Virus genome (UHGV): UHGV-0086244
Source: a virus
DNA length: 17,578 nt
Reading direction: 5' to 3' (one strand)
Translations under genes and position numbers: made by a program
Shown: in pieces, positions 14,468 to 17,578 of the stretch
Layout: the number at the start of each line of letters is the position of its first letter
Numbering within the stretch: position 1 is the first letter of the stretch
The notes under the pieces: model-generated
What the model was told of the DNA's origin: nothing
Seen by the model: only the letters and a program-made list of their open reading frames with translations
Database searches by the model: none

Positions 14468-14679
14468 CACCTCAGCAGGAAAACGCCCTTCGCAGCATTG
14501 CCCGTCAGGCTAATTCTGAAATCAAAAAAGCCAGACAGCAGTTTCCGGATAAAAACGTCGATGACATTTGCCGTAGCGTACTGAAGAAGCACCGCGAAAC
14601 GGTAACGCTGATGGGATTCACACCGACTCATTTAAGCCTGGCAATCGGCATGTTAAACGGCGTCTTTAAGGAACGATGA
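14464..14679 (+). CDS. Lambda orf61-like small protein (71 aa from the ATG at 14464)
   Basis: MTPQQENALRSIARQANSEIKKARQQFPDKN...; the ORF-track entry 14368..14679 is a longer frame whose upstream part looks non-coding. Confidence 0.55.
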   Translation: MTPQQENALRSIARQANSEIKKARQQFPDKNVDDICRSVLKKHRETVTLMGFTPTHLSLAIGMLNGVFKER

Positions 14680-14777
14680 ACATGAAAAGCAAAATCATCA
14701 GGGAGCTACAGGCTCCTTTTTTATTATTCGCATTCACCCTCAAGCGTATTAACCAACAATTCAGGGATTAATGGAAG

Positions 14778-14999
14778 ATGGCAGACATCATTGATTCAGC
14801 ATCAGAAATTGAAGAATTACAGCGCAACACAGCAATAAAAATGCGCCGCCTGAACCACCAGGCTATATCTGCCACTCATTGTTGTGAGTGTGGCGATCCG
14901 ATAGATGAACGAAGACGCCTGGTCGTTCAGGGTTGTCGGACTTGTGCAAGTTGCCAGGAGGATCTGGAGCTTATCAGTAAACAGAGAGGTTCGAAGTGA
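14778..14999 (+). CDS. TraR/DksA-family C4 zinc-finger protein (lambda orf73-like)
   Basis: CxxC-N17-CxxC pattern (CCECGDPIDERRRLVVQGCRTCASC) typical of TraR/DksA zinc fingers; position matches lambda orf73. Confidence 0.8.
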   Translation: MADIIDSASEIEELQRNTAIKMRRLNHQAISATHCCECGDPIDERRRLVVQGCRTCASCQEDLELISKQRGSK

Positions 15000-15151
15000 G
15001 CGAAATTAACTAGAAGCCAAAGATAAAATCATCGCTGAGCAGGAGAAAATCGCTAACGGAGAAAAGACAGTAAGTCAGTATATGAAAACCGCATGATATC
15101 ATCAGATAAAAATCGGTCGTAAAGCGAAATATTAATACCAGAACAAACGAG

Positions 15152-15175
15152 TCGAGGTAAATTATATTACCTCGA
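15152..15175 (-). terminator. Hairpin (9-bp stem TCGAGGTAA/TTACCTCGA, 6-nt loop) downstream of the minus-strand membrane gene; possible terminator
   Basis: Perfect inverted repeat read directly; the flanking U-tract on the minus strand is weak. Confidence 0.3.
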
Positions 15176-15209
15176 TAAATTAACTAAAACTTGCCCGCTA
15201 TATACTATA

Positions 15210-15812
15210 TCATTCAGTATCATCACGCGCGGTCTGTGCATATGTCACTACCGCACCTAATATATTAATTTTCTTTTCAACATAGATAATATTATCGTAC
15301 TCATAATTGCCATACGGATAGCAAATGCGAATATTCTCATGTAGATCGGGGTCATCCACCTCAGCTCCAGAACAACTTTTTGAACTACCGGAAGTATACC
15401 GATACGGTGCAACATAAGACGATGTCTCTCCAGGCAAAAAATAAGTTAGTGTCGTAAGGGGTATAATCAGAAAAAATCCAGCAAATATGCACATCCCTGC
15501 ATAAACCTTAAGGTATGCTGACAGACTCTTCCAGCCTCTTTGTTTTACTATCCCCTTCTTAACCCAAAACAGAGATAACAGAAAAGCTATTCCCATGCTA
15601 AACAGAATGTAATAGTGGGATATACTCTGATTAAGAAACGTGACCCTGTAGATATCTGCCCGCCACCAGAAGAAAAGGAAAATAAAGATCAGCCCTGAAA
15701 CTGTCATGCAAATCAAATAAGGATACGAATCTTTTTTCATGTTTAGCGCCCATAAAATTTTTCCTGACCCGGACAAATTTACCATCCATTTTTTGCGCAG
15801 AAAATAGCTCAT
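15210..15812 (-). CDS. Hypothetical inner-membrane protein (200 aa, about three TM helices plus a roughly 75-aa soluble C-terminal domain); moron in the ea22/ea8.5 position
   Basis: AT-rich ORF antisense to the pL operon; hydrophobic segments YLICMTVSGLIFIFLFFWW, YYILFSMGIAFLLSLFWV and VYAGMCIFAGFFLIIPLTTLTYFL; start codon uncertain. Confidence 0.6.
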   Translation of the reverse strand: MSYFLRKKWMVNLSGSGKILWALNMKKDSYPYLICMTVSGLIFIFLFFWWRADIYRVTFLNQSISHYYILFSMGIAFLLSLFWVKKGIVKQRGWKSLSAYLKVYAGMCIFAGFFLIIPLTTLTYFLPGETSSYVAPYRYTSGSSKSCSGAEVDDPDLHENIRICYPYGNYEYDNIIYVEKKINILGAVVTYAQTARDDTE

Positions 15813-16054
15813 TACTTACTGCACAATAATACACAAAATTGCGTAAATTTTTTGCATGGATTTTAGCTCTTTCAGCCGACATTTAAGGGGTAAATAGCAT
15901 TTCCTAAAAGCAACTGCACCAACCCAACAGAATGGGCTACCGCTTACGTTGAGAGCAAAAAAGTGTATAGCAGCAATGAACAGCATCCTCGCACTGACGA
16001 GGATTTCTTTTATCTGAACTCGCTACGGCGGGTTTTGTTTTATGGAGATGATAA

Positions 16055-16222
16055 ATGCACTTCCGAGTCACAGGTGAATGGAATGGAGAACCATTCAACA
16101 GAGTTATCGAAGCCGAGAACATCAGCGACTGCTATGACCACTGGATGCTGTGGGCGCAGATAGCACATGCAGACGTAACCAATATTCGAATTGAAGAACT
16201 GAAAGAACACCAAGCCGCCTGA
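16055..16222 (+). CDS. Small protein upstream of xis (55 aa, MHFRVTGEWNGEPFNRVIEAENISDCYDHWMLWAQIAHADVTNIRIEELKEHQAA), lambda orf55-like
   Basis: Hand translation; GGAG about 9 nt upstream; position matches the small ORF adjacent to xis in lambda. Confidence 0.5.
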   Translation: MHFRVTGEWNGEPFNRVIEAENISDCYDHWMLWAQIAHADVTNIRIEELKEHQAA

Positions 16223-16238
16223 TGGCGGTTTTTTCTTG
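16213..16238 (+). terminator. Intrinsic terminator-like hairpin (AGCCGCC-UGAU-GGCGGUU followed by UUUUCUUG) between the 55-aa ORF and xis; tL3-like
   Basis: GC-rich 7-bp stem with a T-tract on the plus strand, overlapping the stop of the 55-aa ORF. Confidence 0.55.
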
Positions 16239-16261
16239 CGTGTAATTGCGGAGACTTTGCG

Positions 16262-16480
16262 ATGTACTTGACACTTCAGGAGTGGAACGCACGCCAGCGA
16301 CGCCCAAGAAGCCTTGAAACAGTTCGTCGATGGGTACGCGAGTGCAGGATATTCCCTCCTCCGGTTAAGGATGGAAGAGAGTATCTGTTCCACGAATCAG
16401 CGGTAAAGGTTGACTTAAATCGACCAGTAACAGGTAGCCTTTTGAAGAGGATCAGAAATGGGAAGAAGGCGAAGTCATGA
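16262..16480 (+). CDS. xis: Excisionase Xis
   Basis: Protein MYLTLQEWNARQRRPRSLETVRRWVRECRIFPPPVKDGREYLFHESAVKVDLNRPVTGSLLKRIRNGKKAKS matches lambda Xis from memory; overlaps the int start. Confidence 0.95.
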   Translation: MYLTLQEWNARQRRPRSLETVRRWVRECRIFPPPVKDGREYLFHESAVKVDLNRPVTGSLLKRIRNGKKAKS

Positions 16481-17528
16481 GCGCCGGGATTTACCCCCTA
16501 ACCTTTATATAAGAAACAATGGATATTACTGCTACAGGGACCCAAGGACGGGTAAAGAGTTTGGATTAGGCAGAGACAGGCGAATCGCAATCACTGAAGC
16601 TATACAGGCCAACATTGAGTTATTTTCAGGACACAAACACAAGCCTCTGACAGCGAGAATCAACAGTGATAATTCCGTTACGTTACATTCATGGCTTGAT
16701 CGCTACGAAAAAATCCTGGCCAGCAGAGGAATCAAGCAGAAGACACTCATAAATTACATGAGCAAAATTAAAGCAATAAGGAGGGGTCTGCCTGATGCTC
16801 CACTTGAAGACATCACCACAAAAGAAATTGCGGCAATGCTCAATGGATACATAGACGAGGGCAAGGCGGCGTCAGCCAAGTTAATCAGATCAACACTGAG
16901 CGATGCATTCCGAGAGGCAATAGCTGAAGGCCATATAACAACAAACCCTGTCGCTGCCACTCGCGCAGCAAAATCAGAGGTAAGGAGATCAAGACTTACG
17001 GCTGACGAATACCTGAAAATTTATCAAGCAGCAGAATCATCACCATGTTGGCTCAGACTTGCAATGGAACTGGCTGTTGTTACCGGGCAACGAGTTGGTG
17101 ATTTATGCGAAATGAAGTGGTCTGATATCGTAGATGGATATCTTTATGTCGAGCAAAGCAAAACAGGCGTAAAAATTGCCATCCCAACAGTATTGCATGT
17201 TGATGCTCTCGGAATATCAATGAAGGAAACACTTGATAAATGCAAAGAGATTCTTGGCGGAGAAACCATAATTGCATCTACTCGTCGCGAACCGCTTTCA
17301 TCCGGCACAGTATCAAGGTATTTTATGCGCGCACGAAAAGCATCAGGTCTTTCCTTCGAAGGGGATCCGCCTACCTTTCACGAGTTGCGCAGTTTGTCTG
17401 CAAGACTCTATGAGAAGCAGATAAGCGATAAGTTTGCTCAACATCTTCTCGGGCATAAGTCGGACACCATGGCATCACAGTATCGTGATGACAGAGGCAG
17501 GGAGTGGGACAAAATTGAAATCAAATAA
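16458..17528 (+). CDS. int: Tyrosine integrase Int (lambda-type, 356 aa)
   Basis: Protein MGRRRSHERRDLPPNLYIRNNGYYCYRDPRTGKEFGLGRDRRIAITEAIQANIELF... with C-terminal HLLGHKSDTMASQYRDDRG catalytic region; matches lambda Int from memory. Confidence 0.97.
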   Translation: MGRRRSHERRDLPPNLYIRNNGYYCYRDPRTGKEFGLGRDRRIAITEAIQANIELFSGHKHKPLTARINSDNSVTLHSWLDRYEKILASRGIKQKTLINYMSKIKAIRRGLPDAPLEDITTKEIAAMLNGYIDEGKAASAKLIRSTLSDAFREAIAEGHITTNPVAATRAAKSEVRRSRLTADEYLKIYQAAESSPCWLRLAMELAVVTGQRVGDLCEMKWSDIVDGYLYVEQSKTGVKIAIPTVLHVDALGISMKETLDKCKEILGGETIIASTRREPLSSGTVSRYFMRARKASGLSFEGDPPTFHELRSLSARLYEKQISDKFAQHLLGHKSDTMASQYRDDRGREWDKIEIK

Positions 17529-17578
17529 TGATTTTATTTTGACTGATAGTGACCTGTTCGTTGCAACAAATTGATAAG
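17529..17578. other. attP P' arm (int-proximal arm) with arm-type Int binding sites; the core and opposite arm lie beyond the window end
   Basis: Reverse complement reads cttatcaatttgttgcaacgaacaggtcactatcagtcaaaataaaatca, the lambda P' arm sequence with AGGTCACTAT / CAGTCAAAAT arm-type sites. Confidence 0.75.

Noticed and set aside
15631-16393. ORFs 15631..15882 (-), 15937..16122 (-), 15963..16163 (+), 16040..16393 (-) and 16122..16307 (-)
   Set aside because: Overlapping or antisense frames without RBS; the 55-aa plus-strand ORF (16055..16222) and the 200-aa membrane ORF explain the region better.
1-17578. CRISPR arrays, tRNA or rRNA genes, IS elements
   Set aside because: No regularly spaced short direct repeats with unique spacers, no cloverleaf-like tRNA candidates, and no transposase-like ORF or terminal inverted repeats were seen. 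The only repeats are the ori iterons, the operator sites and the ~130-bp pair.

Overview
The window is the early/immunity/replication half of a mosaic lambdoid (pro)phage, in inverted orientation relative to the conventional lambda map. Reading left to right: a Q antiterminator and a DLP12/phage-82-type nin cluster (ylcG, rusA, ybcO, ninE, ybcN), all on the minus strand; an accessory region between nin and P that holds two AT-rich cassettes flanked by a ~130-bp direct repeat; lambda-type P and a chimeric O with an internal iteron origin; a CII-position gene, a cro-like gene and a divergent S24 CI-type repressor with recognisable operators and promoters; a two-gene soluble-plus-4TM module in the rexA/rexB slot; then a pL-like promoter driving gam, bet, exo, the orf60a/63/61/73 cluster, xis and int, ending in the lambda attP P' arm (the core lies just beyond the window). 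Several genes match lambda or E. coli prophage proteins closely from memory (Int, Xis, Exo, Bet, Gam, P, O C-terminus, RusA). The candidates for an undescribed system are (a) the rex-slot module, (b) a translationally coupled small ORF plus a protein carrying an R-x4-H (HEPN-like) motif, and (c) an AT-rich soluble-plus-membrane gene pair next to P. All functional calls for these are inference from position, architecture and motifs; no database search was possible.
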